Below, in pieces: positions 28,761 to 38,433 of a stretch of 54,527 nucleotides of DNA; positions within the stretch are counted from its first letter, which is position 1; each line of letters opens with the position of its first letter. Below the pieces are notes generated by a model, which saw only the letters and a program-made list of their open reading frames with translations, ran no database searches and was not told the DNA's origin. The position numbers and the translations under genes are program-made. Source of the DNA: an uncultured Bacilli bacterium (GTDB lineage Bacteria > Bacillota_I > Bacilli_A > RF39 > UBA660); contig CANQHQ010000005.1 in the NCBI GenBank assembly GCA_947623825.1, positions 1 to 54,527 on the forward strand, written 5' to 3'.

Positions 28761-30875
28761 GTGGCAAGGAAAAAGAAAAGATGGATTGTATGCATTTCTG
28801 TTTTCCTTTTTGCAATCATGGCTATCCTTCTTGCTAACTTAGGCTCTTCTCTTTCTGTAGATGAACTAGACGAAGGCGCTCGTGTGATGGAAGATAGCGA
28901 ACTCATTTATTATTTAAATGTTAGTTATGATGGTAAAGATAAAGGGGCAATAGTCTCGAGTGAGAATGCGACTGCGGATGTTCGAAGCGATTATATTTAT
29001 GTAGAAGATAAGATACCAGATGGACTTATATTTGAAGATTTTGTTAAAACGGATGATGGAACGATTGGGGCAGTACAAAGAAGTAATCCTGATAAAACTT
29101 GTAGCGGACATGTCGTCGATGGAACAACAGGCTTGCATTATGATGATAAAACCAATACGGTTTCTTTTAAAATTAAAAATTTACAAGCCGGATGCCAGAT
29201 TACTGTGGGAATTAAAACCAAAACACCAAAATTAAATGGAAAGCCACGATTGGATTTTTATAATACGGCTTTTGGACGAGAAAATGATTTTTCAATCGGT
29301 TCGAATACGGTACACGTCTTTTTAGGAAACGAAAATCAACAACTTTATAAAGTAAAGTATCAATATACAGGAACGGATATTCCAAAGAATGCACCAACTT
29401 TGCCAGCAGATAGTGAATATGCCGCAGGTGTCAGTGTCGGTGTGATTGCGGATGTCGATGTGGCGGGTTATACGTTTAGTGGTTGGCAAGCCACGACGGA
29501 AAGTGGTGTCACTATTACTGATGGAAAATTTACAATGCCTTCGAAAGATGTAACCATTGTAGGTAGTTTTACTAAAAATCAAACCCATTCGGTCACCTAT
29601 ATAATTGAAGGAAGTGACAAACCGAGTGGATATCAACCACCGAAACAGAAAAATTATGAGGTAGGAGAAGATGTCCTTCTTGATTCTTTGAAAAAAGGTG
29701 ATGAGATTGATGGATATCGTTTTAAAGGTTGGACGGTAAAGACTCCACAAGTTCAAGTGGAAACAGTCGATGAAGGACAAGCTTTCACGATGCCAGGACA
29801 GAATGTAGAAATTGTCGGTAGTTTTGAACTTATTCAATACAAGGTCACTTATCAATTCCAAGGTTCTGTGAAACCACCAGATGCTGACTCATTATTACCA
29901 GAAGAAAAATCTTATGTTCCAGGGGCGACTGTTACGACCGCAAAAGATCCAGTTTCTACAGGATACCGTTTCTTAGGCTGGTATAAGGCTTCTACCTTTA
30001 TTATGCCGAGTGAAGACGTCGTTATTTATGGAGAATGGATGAAAGAAGCAGGTACGTTCCAACCAACGATTACGAAGAAAATTGATGGCGACAACAAAAA
30101 ATATTATCATGATGGGGACGTTGTAACCTTTACGATTACTGTTACTAATCCTTCTAATTTGACTTTGACCAACGTCATGATTCAGGAACAGATGCCAGGA
30201 ACGAAGTTTATCAATGGTAATGGTTCTTACACTGTGTTAAATGATACGATGGTAGAAATTCCAACGATGGCTCCAAGTCAAGCCATTGATGTTAAGGCAC
30301 AATATACAGTTGGAAAGGAACCGGTTGCACACTTTACCAATCAGGTAGAGTTAACAGGAGCTTTGGCTTCAAATGATTATCATTTGGATACTTCGAAAAC
30401 GTATCAAGCAACGGTTGAATTTGATGTTTCGAATTTGAGTTTAGATGTGCACCCGAAAGGGGAAGAAATGGAAGATTTAAAGGGTGTTACCTTCGATTTA
30501 TGCGAGGATGCTACTTGCTCTAGTGTATTGCAAAACGGTTTAAGTTTTAAAGATTTAGAGCCGGGAAAGACGTATTATTTGAAACAAAAGAGAGCGGCAA
30601 CAGGACATACACTCGTAAAAGAATCTATTCAAGTTACAGTCGATGAAAATGGTCATTTTACAGTAGACGGCTATGATTCAAAACAAGATGGTGGTCATGC
30701 GGAATTTGATGTGATTAATCCAAAGATTAATATTTTACCTGAAACAGGTGGTATGGGATTAATTCCATTCCTTGTTGGAGGACTAGTTCTTATGATTGGA
30801 AGTGCGAGTGGATATGTTTATTTTACGAAGAAGAAAAATGGAGGGAAAAAGAATGGTAAAAAAACGAAAAAATAG
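28761..30875 (+). CDS. Pilus ancillary/tip adhesin with B-repeat-like and DUF11-like domains, LPETG anchor
   Basis: N-terminal hydrophobic segment; three Y.V.Y...P...GY.F.GW...F.MP..DV repeats; GDVVTFTITVTN; LPETGG + TM + basic tail. Start GTG28761 (or 28752). Confidence 0.82.
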   Translation: MARKKKRWIVCISVFLFAIMAILLANLGSSLSVDELDEGARVMEDSELIYYLNVSYDGKDKGAIVSSENATADVRSDYIYVEDKIPDGLIFEDFVKTDDGTIGAVQRSNPDKTCSGHVVDGTTGLHYDDKTNTVSFKIKNLQAGCQITVGIKTKTPKLNGKPRLDFYNTAFGRENDFSIGSNTVHVFLGNENQQLYKVKYQYTGTDIPKNAPTLPADSEYAAGVSVGVIADVDVAGYTFSGWQATTESGVTITDGKFTMPSKDVTIVGSFTKNQTHSVTYIIEGSDKPSGYQPPKQKNYEVGEDVLLDSLKKGDEIDGYRFKGWTVKTPQVQVETVDEGQAFTMPGQNVEIVGSFELIQYKVTYQFQGSVKPPDADSLLPEEKSYVPGATVTTAKDPVSTGYRFLGWYKASTFIMPSEDVVIYGEWMKEAGTFQPTITKKIDGDNKKYYHDGDVVTFTITVTNPSNLTLTNVMIQEQMPGTKFINGNGSYTVLNDTMVEIPTMAPSQAIDVKAQYTVGKEPVAHFTNQVELTGALASNDYHLDTSKTYQATVEFDVSNLSLDVHPKGEEMEDLKGVTFDLCEDATCSSVLQNGLSFKDLEPGKTYYLKQKRAATGHTLVKESIQVTVDENGHFTVDGYDSKQDGGHAEFDVINPKINILPETGGMGLIPFLVGGLVLMIGSASGYVYFTKKKNGGKKNGKKTKK

Positions 30876-31551
30876 TTTGATACTGGGACTATTTCTGCTT
30901 CTCTTATTGTTTCCCTCTGTTCCTGTCCGAGCGGCAGGAATTGATACCGATCAATTAGGTATCTTAGAAGTAAAATGTGTCTATGATAAACTGCCTTTGG
31001 TCGGGGTCAAGGTTTCTCTTTACAAAGTGGCGGTTGTCGATGCGAGAGGGTTTTATAATTTCATCGCAAGGTATTTCTCTTTTACAGAAGATTTAAATCA
31101 TCTTTCTTCTTCCCAATCCAGAGAATTAGCAAAAAAACTTTCAGATTATATAATTGAGAACGAAATCGAACCGGATATGCAGGGAGAAGCAGATCAGTAC
31201 GGAGATTACAAATTTGAAGATATAGAGACGGGATTGTATTTGATACAAGTCGATGAATATGAAAAAGAAAATCGTAGTTATTCTATGGCACCGATTTTGA
31301 TTTCTATGCCGATGGAGGATCCGAAAGGTGGATACGATTACGATGTGATTGTCGAATCAAAAATAGAGATGGTCGATCACAATCCGAGCCATCCTACTGA
31401 TGATAACACAACGGAATCACCAAGTACCTATGATGAGATTTATGGATACGTAGCAATTCTTGTTATCTCATCGTTGTTACTTGTTGGAGCCGGTTTGTTA
31501 TATATATTACTAAAAAAGAAAGGGAGTAATAAAAATGAAAAAAATAGTTAA
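30853..31551 (+). CDS. Minor (basal) pilin with an atypical SPSTYD sorting signal
   Basis: Signal peptide; GVKVSLYKVA, G.YKFEDIETGLYLI (CnaB-like); SPSTYD + TM + KKK. Confidence 0.75.
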   Translation: MVKKRKNSLILGLFLLLLLFPSVPVRAAGIDTDQLGILEVKCVYDKLPLVGVKVSLYKVAVVDARGFYNFIARYFSFTEDLNHLSSSQSRELAKKLSDYIIENEIEPDMQGEADQYGDYKFEDIETGLYLIQVDEYEKENRSYSMAPILISMPMEDPKGGYDYDVIVESKIEMVDHNPSHPTDDNTTESPSTYDEIYGYVAILVISSLLLVGAGLLYILLKKKGSNKNEKNS

Positions 31552-33145
31552 AAGAATGTTAGCTGTATTAATGATTGCTGTTACTTTTATGGGATTTACT
31601 GTTAATGCTGTCGAGATTACAACTAATGGTCAAGTTGGTACTGTAGATACTTCTAGTAAACTTGTTACGGCCCAAGCGACATTGACAGTTTCAAATGTTC
31701 AAAGTAGCGAGAAATTTAGTGCCTATAAAATATTAGATGTATTTTATAATGAAGGGAACAATACCATCACATATGAATTTACTAAGGATTTTGACAGTTT
31801 TAGAACGAGTAGCCAAACGTATTCAAGTTTGTCAGTAGACCAGTATTTGGCATTGTCTGGTACTTCTATTGAAACTCCAAACTCTTCAAAACGGGAAGGG
31901 GAACTTGATAAACTTGCAAGTGAATATGCAGCATATGTAAAAAAGAGTGGTAGCTCTGTTCAATCAGGAGTAGCTCTAAATACATCTGGAGATAGTGCTA
32001 CGGCTACTGTTGCTGCTGGTGCTTATCTTATTCTTCCGACGGCGACTACTCGTGTGTTCGGTGTTATGGTAGGAAATGTAACTCCTGCTCGTGGAGATGA
32101 TGGAGAGTGGAAAATTGAAGGAACATCGATTGTGGCAAAAGCTACTGCCCCTACTGTAAAGAAGACAGTGGGAGATGATGTGTCTTCGACAAAAAGTTAT
32201 AGTTATGGTGAGACCATTACATATAACATTGAAGTGACTGTTCCTGCTTATCCGACAGACGCATTAAACAAAAAATTTGTATTAACTGATACTATGAGTG
32301 AGTATCTAGTTTTTTCAGGATTTGATAATATGGTAATGTTGGACGGAGGAACTTCATTATCTATCACTCACTCAGACGAGAAAAATGCAACTGTTTCTAC
32401 TTCTGATAAGAAGGAAGTAGCGAAAATAGTTATAGATGATGAAAAACATACGATGACGATTGATTTTACTATTGATAACATTACATCTAATAAAATAAGT
32501 ATTTCGTATGATACTACGTTAAGTAATCAAGCCCCTTTAGGAACAAAAACACCAATTACTAACAGTGTTGTTTTAAAGTATTCGAATGATCCATATATTC
32601 AGCCTGGAGAAGGACCTGATCCTACTCCAGATCCAGGTACAACGGAAACAAAGCCAGACGAAGATGAGGGTGGAAAAACGACAGTTACCACTTATGGAAT
32701 TAAGTTAATTAAGTACGATTCGAAAGATACTAGTACTGATAAAAAAACAAACGTATTGAAAGGTGCTGGATTCAAACTTTGTTCTACTCAAGATTGTGAA
32801 TCTCCATTGGCAACAAACACTACCGATGATCAGGGTGTGATTGAGTTCAAAGGTATTAAGGCTGGAACGTATTATTTAATAGAAACAAAAGCTCCAACAG
32901 GATATTCGCTTATAAAAAATCCAATTGTAGTCCAGGTTAATGAAAATACCCAGGAAAGTACCGCAAAATATGATTCTGAAAGCGGTATGGTAGAAGTTTT
33001 GGTATCTAACACATTGGTTGGTTCTCTTCCAGTTACTGGTGGTGCTGGTACTATACTATTTACAGTTTCAGGTGCAATTATTATGATTGGTGCTATCTGG
33101 TTTATCTTCATTTATAAAAAGAAAAATAAAGAAGCGCAATCATAA
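31535..33145 (+). CDS. Major (backbone) pilin, SpaA/EbpC-like
   Basis: Signal peptide; IVAKATAPTVKK pilin-motif region; E-box YYLIETKAPTGY; LPVTGG + TM + basic tail. Confidence 0.9.
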   Translation: MKKIVKRMLAVLMIAVTFMGFTVNAVEITTNGQVGTVDTSSKLVTAQATLTVSNVQSSEKFSAYKILDVFYNEGNNTITYEFTKDFDSFRTSSQTYSSLSVDQYLALSGTSIETPNSSKREGELDKLASEYAAYVKKSGSSVQSGVALNTSGDSATATVAAGAYLILPTATTRVFGVMVGNVTPARGDDGEWKIEGTSIVAKATAPTVKKTVGDDVSSTKSYSYGETITYNIEVTVPAYPTDALNKKFVLTDTMSEYLVFSGFDNMVMLDGGTSLSITHSDEKNATVSTSDKKEVAKIVIDDEKHTMTIDFTIDNITSNKISISYDTTLSNQAPLGTKTPITNSVVLKYSNDPYIQPGEGPDPTPDPGTTETKPDEDEGGKTTVTTYGIKLIKYDSKDTSTDKKTNVLKGAGFKLCSTQDCESPLATNTTDDQGVIEFKGIKAGTYYLIETKAPTGYSLIKNPIVVQVNENTQESTAKYDSESGMVEVLVSNTLVGSLPVTGGAGTILFTVSGAIIMIGAIWFIFIYKKKNKEAQS

Positions 33146-33150
33146 GTTCG

Positions 33151-34047
33151 ATGCTTAAAAAGTTAAAAAGAAATTTACCTCTTGTACTTTTTATTGTATT
33201 GTTTGTGACAGGATTCCTTGTGATGGCATATCCTGTCATCAGCAATGCAGTAAGCGAAGTTCGATATGATGAAACCATTAAAGACTATGAGAATACCGTT
33301 AAGAAAAAGAGTAATGAAGAATATGAATACATGTTTCATGAAGCAGAAGAGTATAACAAAAATTTAACGCATTCTACTGTAGCTGATGTGTTTTCGGATC
33401 CAAACTTTGTGAATTCAGAGGAATATTTGGATATATTGAAACTCGATGATCATGGTACAATTGGGTATCTTTCTATACCTAAGATTGATGTGAAAATTCC
33501 AATCTATCATGGTACAAGTGCTGAAGTTCTTCAAAAGGGTGTTGGTCATCTAGAGGGAAGTTCTTTTCCAGTAGGGGGAGAGACGACACATGCGATTCTT
33601 TCTGCTCATAGGGGATTGCCTTCCGCTCGACTTTTCACTGATTTAGATAAAATGGAAGAAGGAGACTTTTTCTACATCTATGTATTAGATCGTGTTTTTA
33701 CTTATCAAGTGGATCAAATTATGGTGATTGAACCTGATAATACAGAACCTTTAGGATTAAAAGAAGGACAAGATTACGTTACCTTGATAACTTGTACTCC
33801 TTATGGAGTGAATACCCATCGATTATTGGTTCGTGGAACTCGTGTCGTTCCTGAAGAGGAAGAACATAGTCCGGTGGTGGTAGAGGAAACTCCAAAGGTG
33901 ATGAGTACTTTCTACATCTTATTGTATGTGGGAATTGGAATTGGAATTCTTGTCTTAGTGATTACAATCCTAATTGTTTTGAAAATGAAGAAGAACAAAG
34001 AAAAGCATTTGAAAACGGATCATGTAGAGCATATAGAAAAGATTTAA
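33151..34047 (+). CDS. srtC: Class C (pilin) sortase
   Basis: Lid-like DVF, GHLEGSSFPVGG, SAHRG, TLITCTPYGVNTHRLLVRG; TM at both ends. Confidence 0.93.
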   Translation: MLKKLKRNLPLVLFIVLFVTGFLVMAYPVISNAVSEVRYDETIKDYENTVKKKSNEEYEYMFHEAEEYNKNLTHSTVADVFSDPNFVNSEEYLDILKLDDHGTIGYLSIPKIDVKIPIYHGTSAEVLQKGVGHLEGSSFPVGGETTHAILSAHRGLPSARLFTDLDKMEEGDFFYIYVLDRVFTYQVDQIMVIEPDNTEPLGLKEGQDYVTLITCTPYGVNTHRLLVRGTRVVPEEEEHSPVVVEETPKVMSTFYILLYVGIGIGILVLVITILIVLKMKKNKEKHLKTDHVEHIEKI

Positions 34048-34086
34048 GAGTTCTTAAATCTTTTTCTTTCTATGGAGGGATGCGAT

Positions 34087-34863
34087 TTGAAAAAGGGGTT
34101 ATTGCTTCTTTTAGTACTATTCGGTTTGCTTGGGGTAGGATATTCGAGTTATCACATTGTCGGTTGGATGCAGGACAATGAGAAAACCCATGAGCAAATT
34201 GAAAAAATACAAGAGATAGTGGAAGTCAAAGAAAAAGAGGATACTGCTTCGACGGTTGTGGTTAGTGAAAGTCCTTATACGGAAGAAAAATTCATTGATG
34301 TCGATTTTGATTCTTTGTATTCTATTAATTCTGAAGTGGCAGGGTGGATTCAAGTGAAAGGAACGAATATCAATTATCCTTTTGCTCAACACTCTGACAA
34401 TCGTTACTATTTGAAACATTCTTTTTATCCTGGTTCGAATAGTGCGGGATGGGTGTTTCTAGATTATCGAAATTCTTTGACAGAATTAAGTCGAAATACG
34501 ATTATTTATGCCCATGGAAGAGTCGATGGAACGATGTTTGGAACGTTAAAGGATACGATGAGTGAATCTTGGCTTTCTCATCCAGAGAATTACGTCATTA
34601 AAGTGTCTACGCCTTTTCAAAATTATCTCTTTGAAGTATTTAGTATTTATCATATCCCTACAACCAGTGATTACTTATACATTGATTTTAGTAGTAATCA
34701 AAGTTATTTAAACTTTTTACAAAAAATTCAAGGACGTAGCGTTCATTCTTTTGATACGGAAGTAGGTGTGACAGATAAGATTCTTACTTTATCTACTTGT
34801 TATAACGATCAGGAGAAAATGGTGTTACATGCCAAATTAATTAAAACGGAAAAGAGATATTAG
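34087..34863 (+). CDS. srtB: Class B sortase
   Basis: GWIQVKGTNINYP, DNRYYLKH, NTIIYAH, GTMFGTL, LTLSTC; start TTG after GGAGG. Confidence 0.9.
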   Translation: MKKGLLLLLVLFGLLGVGYSSYHIVGWMQDNEKTHEQIEKIQEIVEVKEKEDTASTVVVSESPYTEEKFIDVDFDSLYSINSEVAGWIQVKGTNINYPFAQHSDNRYYLKHSFYPGSNSAGWVFLDYRNSLTELSRNTIIYAHGRVDGTMFGTLKDTMSESWLSHPENYVIKVSTPFQNYLFEVFSIYHIPTTSDYLYIDFSSNQSYLNFLQKIQGRSVHSFDTEVGVTDKILTLSTCYNDQEKMVLHAKLIKTEKRY

Positions 34864-34930
34864 TCTCTTTTCTTTTGACTTTTTCTATAGAAAGGGATAC
34901 AATTACTTATAGATAGAATCGAGGGATGAT

Positions 34931-36382
34931 ATGAATAAGACTGTTTTATTTTTGATTAATGGTTTAGGTATTGAGCACGGGGATTCTTGTGATATTTATA
35001 GTAAAGAAGTGATGCCTGTGATGGATGATGCGGCGATTCATGAATGTTTTTCACAAATTGAATCCAAAGCAGTAGACTATACGACAGGATATCAAATCTT
35101 TTCGACGGGAAGTGTCGATGCGTTGGCGTTTCCTTTTATCGATAAAGTGGTCGATGATAACTTGTGGGGACAGAATCCTGTTTTTCAAAAATTGATGAGT
35201 TCTCTTCAAGCAGAAGGATCGGGAAAACTTCATATTTTGTGTTTTTTGGATAGTCCAAGAATTAGTGATCATTTAAAGAATTTTGTATCGTCTTTGAATA
35301 TTCCGAATAAGCAAGTATTTATTCACCCAATTATGACGAATCCGACGATTGATTCCTATAAAGCCATTGCCAAGACTCTTAGTAAAATCACTTATGAGTC
35401 TCCATCGAACGTAAAAATCGGAATGGTATTTGGTAAAAATATTTTGGATCCTTCGGCGCATTTGAATGAATTCAATGATTTAGGACGGATGTTTTTCCGT
35501 GGAAGTGGAGAAAAATGGACAGATAGTCAACAAAAGATTGATTCGTTGATTTCTTTTAATACGTTGCCGAATGAAGCCAAAGTATTCTGTGTGAACGATC
35601 AGTTTGGACTTCAATCGAACGATACGATTTTCTTCTATAACTATGATGGAGTGGATTGTTCCAAGTTTGTAGAGACTTTGATGAATCCTCCGATGTTTTT
35701 CAATAGTCAAGTACAAGCGGGAAGTCTTCATTTTTACTCGTTGTTTCCTCTATTAAATACTCCTAATGTCGAAAAATTATATGATAATGTCACTTCGGAA
35801 TTTTCGATGGCAAAGGCATTAAAACAGTACGGAATTAAGGCTTTGATTTTGGTAGATCAAGCAAATTTAGGTACGACGAATTTCATGGTCAATGGGTTAT
35901 CTTCTAGTAATGAGGGAGTCGTGGATTATGCGCTTACGGATTCTGGTATTTTGTTTCAGAAGGAGCAGATGCAGGCGATTCTAGCAAATCCTCAGTATTC
36001 TTTGATTGTGATCAATCATCGCATCGATCAATATACCGATGAAGCATCGATGAAACAGGCGATGAAGCAGATTGACGATAACTTGGCAATGATGAAAGAA
36101 TTGTGTGCAGACAAGTACAGTTTGGTGGTTTCTTCCTTATTTGGAATTAAAAGAGAAATTATGTTGGAGAAAGGAGTTTCCGCTACAGTTGATTTTTCTA
36201 CCATGTTACCAGTTATCATTATTGATTCAAAAATTGATAAAGCGAAGATTATGATGGGTAGAGGTTCTTTATATTCTTTACTTGGTACGGTTGTGAAACT
36301 CGTGAATCCGGATGCTAAAGTGGATTCTTTAATCAAACCGAAAAAGAAGAGTTTCTTACATTCTCTTCTCTATAAAAATTAA
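34931..36382 (+). CDS. Divergent, probably inactive homologue of cofactor-independent phosphoglycerate mutase (GpmI)
   Basis: MNKTVLFLINGLG, GKLHILCFL, VFIHPI, NDTIFFYNY align with the iPGM fold; catalytic and metal motifs are replaced. Confidence 0.6.
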   Translation: MNKTVLFLINGLGIEHGDSCDIYSKEVMPVMDDAAIHECFSQIESKAVDYTTGYQIFSTGSVDALAFPFIDKVVDDNLWGQNPVFQKLMSSLQAEGSGKLHILCFLDSPRISDHLKNFVSSLNIPNKQVFIHPIMTNPTIDSYKAIAKTLSKITYESPSNVKIGMVFGKNILDPSAHLNEFNDLGRMFFRGSGEKWTDSQQKIDSLISFNTLPNEAKVFCVNDQFGLQSNDTIFFYNYDGVDCSKFVETLMNPPMFFNSQVQAGSLHFYSLFPLLNTPNVEKLYDNVTSEFSMAKALKQYGIKALILVDQANLGTTNFMVNGLSSSNEGVVDYALTDSGILFQKEQMQAILANPQYSLIVINHRIDQYTDEASMKQAMKQIDDNLAMMKELCADKYSLVVSSLFGIKREIMLEKGVSATVDFSTMLPVIIIDSKIDKAKIMMGRGSLYSLLGTVVKLVNPDAKVDSLIKPKKKSFLHSLLYKN

Positions 36383-36482
36383 ATGGTTGTTAGCGATAGG
36401 AAACTATCGCTTTTTTCTTTTCTCTAGATAAAAAAACAGACTCTTTTTTGATGATGGCATAAATTACAATGGGTGATGAAAT

Positions 36483-36851
36483 ATGACATTGCATTGGTCG
36501 GTGTTACAACAATTGTTAATTTTAGCGATGATTTGTAGTACTTTATCCGTGGCATTTATTCAAAAAACGAAGAAACTTTGTCCGAATCACATCTTTGTTC
36601 TTTTTTATAGTTTCTTGGTGAATTTAGGAATTGGGGTTCTTTTTACGCAAACTTTTACAGATTTGTCGCTTTATCATTCTCTATGGGTCGGTTTTTTTAG
36701 TTATTTGGGGGCAGATACCATTTATCAAAGTCTAGAAGGAAAACTCGCTTCGTATTCTTCTTTGGTTGGTTCTTCTTCTAGTTCGAAAGAAGAGACAGGT
36801 GTTTCTTCGGAAGTAGACGAGGATATTTTGGGGGAGATTCCTCGTGATTAA
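36483..36851 (+). CDS. Holin-like small membrane protein
   Basis: Three hydrophobic segments and an acidic tail; overlaps the start of the downstream lysin-like gene. Confidence 0.55.
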   Translation: MTLHWSVLQQLLILAMICSTLSVAFIQKTKKLCPNHIFVLFYSFLVNLGIGVLFTQTFTDLSLYHSLWVGFFSYLGADTIYQSLEGKLASYSSLVGSSSSSKEETGVSSEVDEDILGEIPRD

Positions 36852-37725
36852 GAATTATATGGTTTATCCCCTTAAAACTATGCGGATTACTCAAACCTAT
36901 GATGAATCTACTTCTCATAGGAAACATTGGGATGGTGCGAGTGTCAAAGATTATCCCATTGATGATGGTGGAAAAGATACGGGAAAAGATCCGATTTATT
37001 GTCCTTGTGATGAAATGGTGGTGACTGCCATTCGGGGTGTTGGAAACTCTGCCACCAATACGATTTGGCTTGCATCTACGTCGCCTGTCTATACTCCTAC
37101 GTTTCACGATATTGCCTTTATCAGCTTGACCCATTCGAATGATGCCGATTTTGTTTCTCTTTCGGTCGGTCAAATTTTCCATCGTGGCGATATTCTCTGT
37201 TATGAGGGAACGGATGGGGCGAGTGCCAACCATGTTCATCTTACTTGCGGTCGTGGTTCCAGTCATACTTGGGTACAGAATGAGAATGGGAGTTGGGTGA
37301 TTTTGGGTGATACAAAAAGACCAGAAGAAGTGTTTTATGTAGATCCTTCTTTTACGACCGTGGCAAATGATGGTGGTCTTTCTTGGCAAATGCTTCCTCC
37401 TGAAATCGTAGGGAATCCCGTTTCTAGAGATGAAAAGAAAAATCAAATCGAGGTTCTGGTCTCCAATTTATATGCCCGGAAAGAGGCTTCTTTGACAGGA
37501 GAAATTTTGGGGTACGTTTCTCCCGGTATTTACGATTATGTTTCCGTTTCGACCCAAGATGGGTTGGATTGGTACCAAGTAGCCGATTTCTTTATCGCGT
37601 ATCAGGAAGGATGGGAACGTCTCTATCCAAAAGAAGAAAGAAGTCCCAGAAAAATTTATACTTGTACTCGGTCAGGAAAATACATCATCCAATTAAAAGA
37701 AGGAGAACAACTCTATTTGTTGTAA
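36844..37725 (+). CDS. M23-like cell-wall endopeptidase with an SH3b-like domain, no signal peptide
   Basis: YP...RITQ, SH...YPID, EGTDG..ANHVHL (HxH); VLVSNLYARKEASLTGEILG...WYQV. Confidence 0.7.
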   Translation: MIKNYMVYPLKTMRITQTYDESTSHRKHWDGASVKDYPIDDGGKDTGKDPIYCPCDEMVVTAIRGVGNSATNTIWLASTSPVYTPTFHDIAFISLTHSNDADFVSLSVGQIFHRGDILCYEGTDGASANHVHLTCGRGSSHTWVQNENGSWVILGDTKRPEEVFYVDPSFTTVANDGGLSWQMLPPEIVGNPVSRDEKKNQIEVLVSNLYARKEASLTGEILGYVSPGIYDYVSVSTQDGLDWYQVADFFIAYQEGWERLYPKEERSPRKIYTCTRSGKYIIQLKEGEQLYLL

Positions 37726-37797
37726 CTCCTTTTTTTCTAAAAAGAGACTTTCCAACTTTTGGATTTCATGGTAAACTACTAATGGAAGAATAGAGGG

Positions 37798-38433
37798 ATG
37801 AAGATGGAAGAAGAGGAAAGAAAACTCAGTACCAAAGAATGGATTCTTTGTATTGGTGGGATTGTCGTATTGACCCTTCTTATGATTTTACCACCGACGT
37901 TTCGGATTCTTTTTGATGAAGATGAAATGGTAATGCCTTCCCCATCTAGTACGCCTCCTTCCTCCGAGCCGACTGATGCGCCGGGTGTGGAAGAACCGGA
38001 GCCACCGGTTGAGAATTATGAAAAAGTAGTATGTAGTCGTTCAGGAGAAGGGGCTTCTCTTTATCAAGAATCGCTTGAAGTTACCTTTTTTCATGATAGT
38101 CAATCATTGAAGAAAGTCTCTTATCAAAGTACAAAAATGTATGATTTATCGAATCCTGCTTCTTTAGACGCTTATCAACGTACTTTGTCGATTTGTTCTC
38201 CTGTTCCTCTTTATTATCGCAATGTTTTAGGATTTACTTACGAATGTGATGCTTCTTCCTCTACGATTACGACCGTCCAAACGTATGATTTGTCTTCTTT
38301 TACAAATACGACCGTTACCAATGACGAAGGAGGGTACGAAGTTTTAACGACTTCTTATTTCCTAAATCAAAATGTTGATGTCGCTCGTCTCGGTTTAGAG
38401 AATGAAGGATATTATTGTCATAGTGTCGAGTAA
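37798..38433 (+). CDS. Membrane-anchored hypothetical protein with a P/S-rich linker
   Basis: N-terminal TM, PSPSSTPPSSEP linker, four extracellular Cys. Confidence 0.7.
   Translation: MKMEEEERKLSTKEWILCIGGIVVLTLLMILPPTFRILFDEDEMVMPSPSSTPPSSEPTDAPGVEEPEPPVENYEKVVCSRSGEGASLYQESLEVTFFHDSQSLKKVSYQSTKMYDLSNPASLDAYQRTLSICSPVPLYYRNVLGFTYECDASSSTITTVQTYDLSSFTNTTVTNDEGGYEVLTTSYFLNQNVDVARLGLENEGYYCHSVE

Noticed and set aside
36778-37446. 222-aa antisense ORF and the other short nested or antisense ORFs in the track
   Set aside because: Shadows of well-supported genes, with no RBS or recognisable motifs.
36483-37725. Prophage
   Set aside because: No structural, packaging, replication or integrase genes flank the lysis-like pair.
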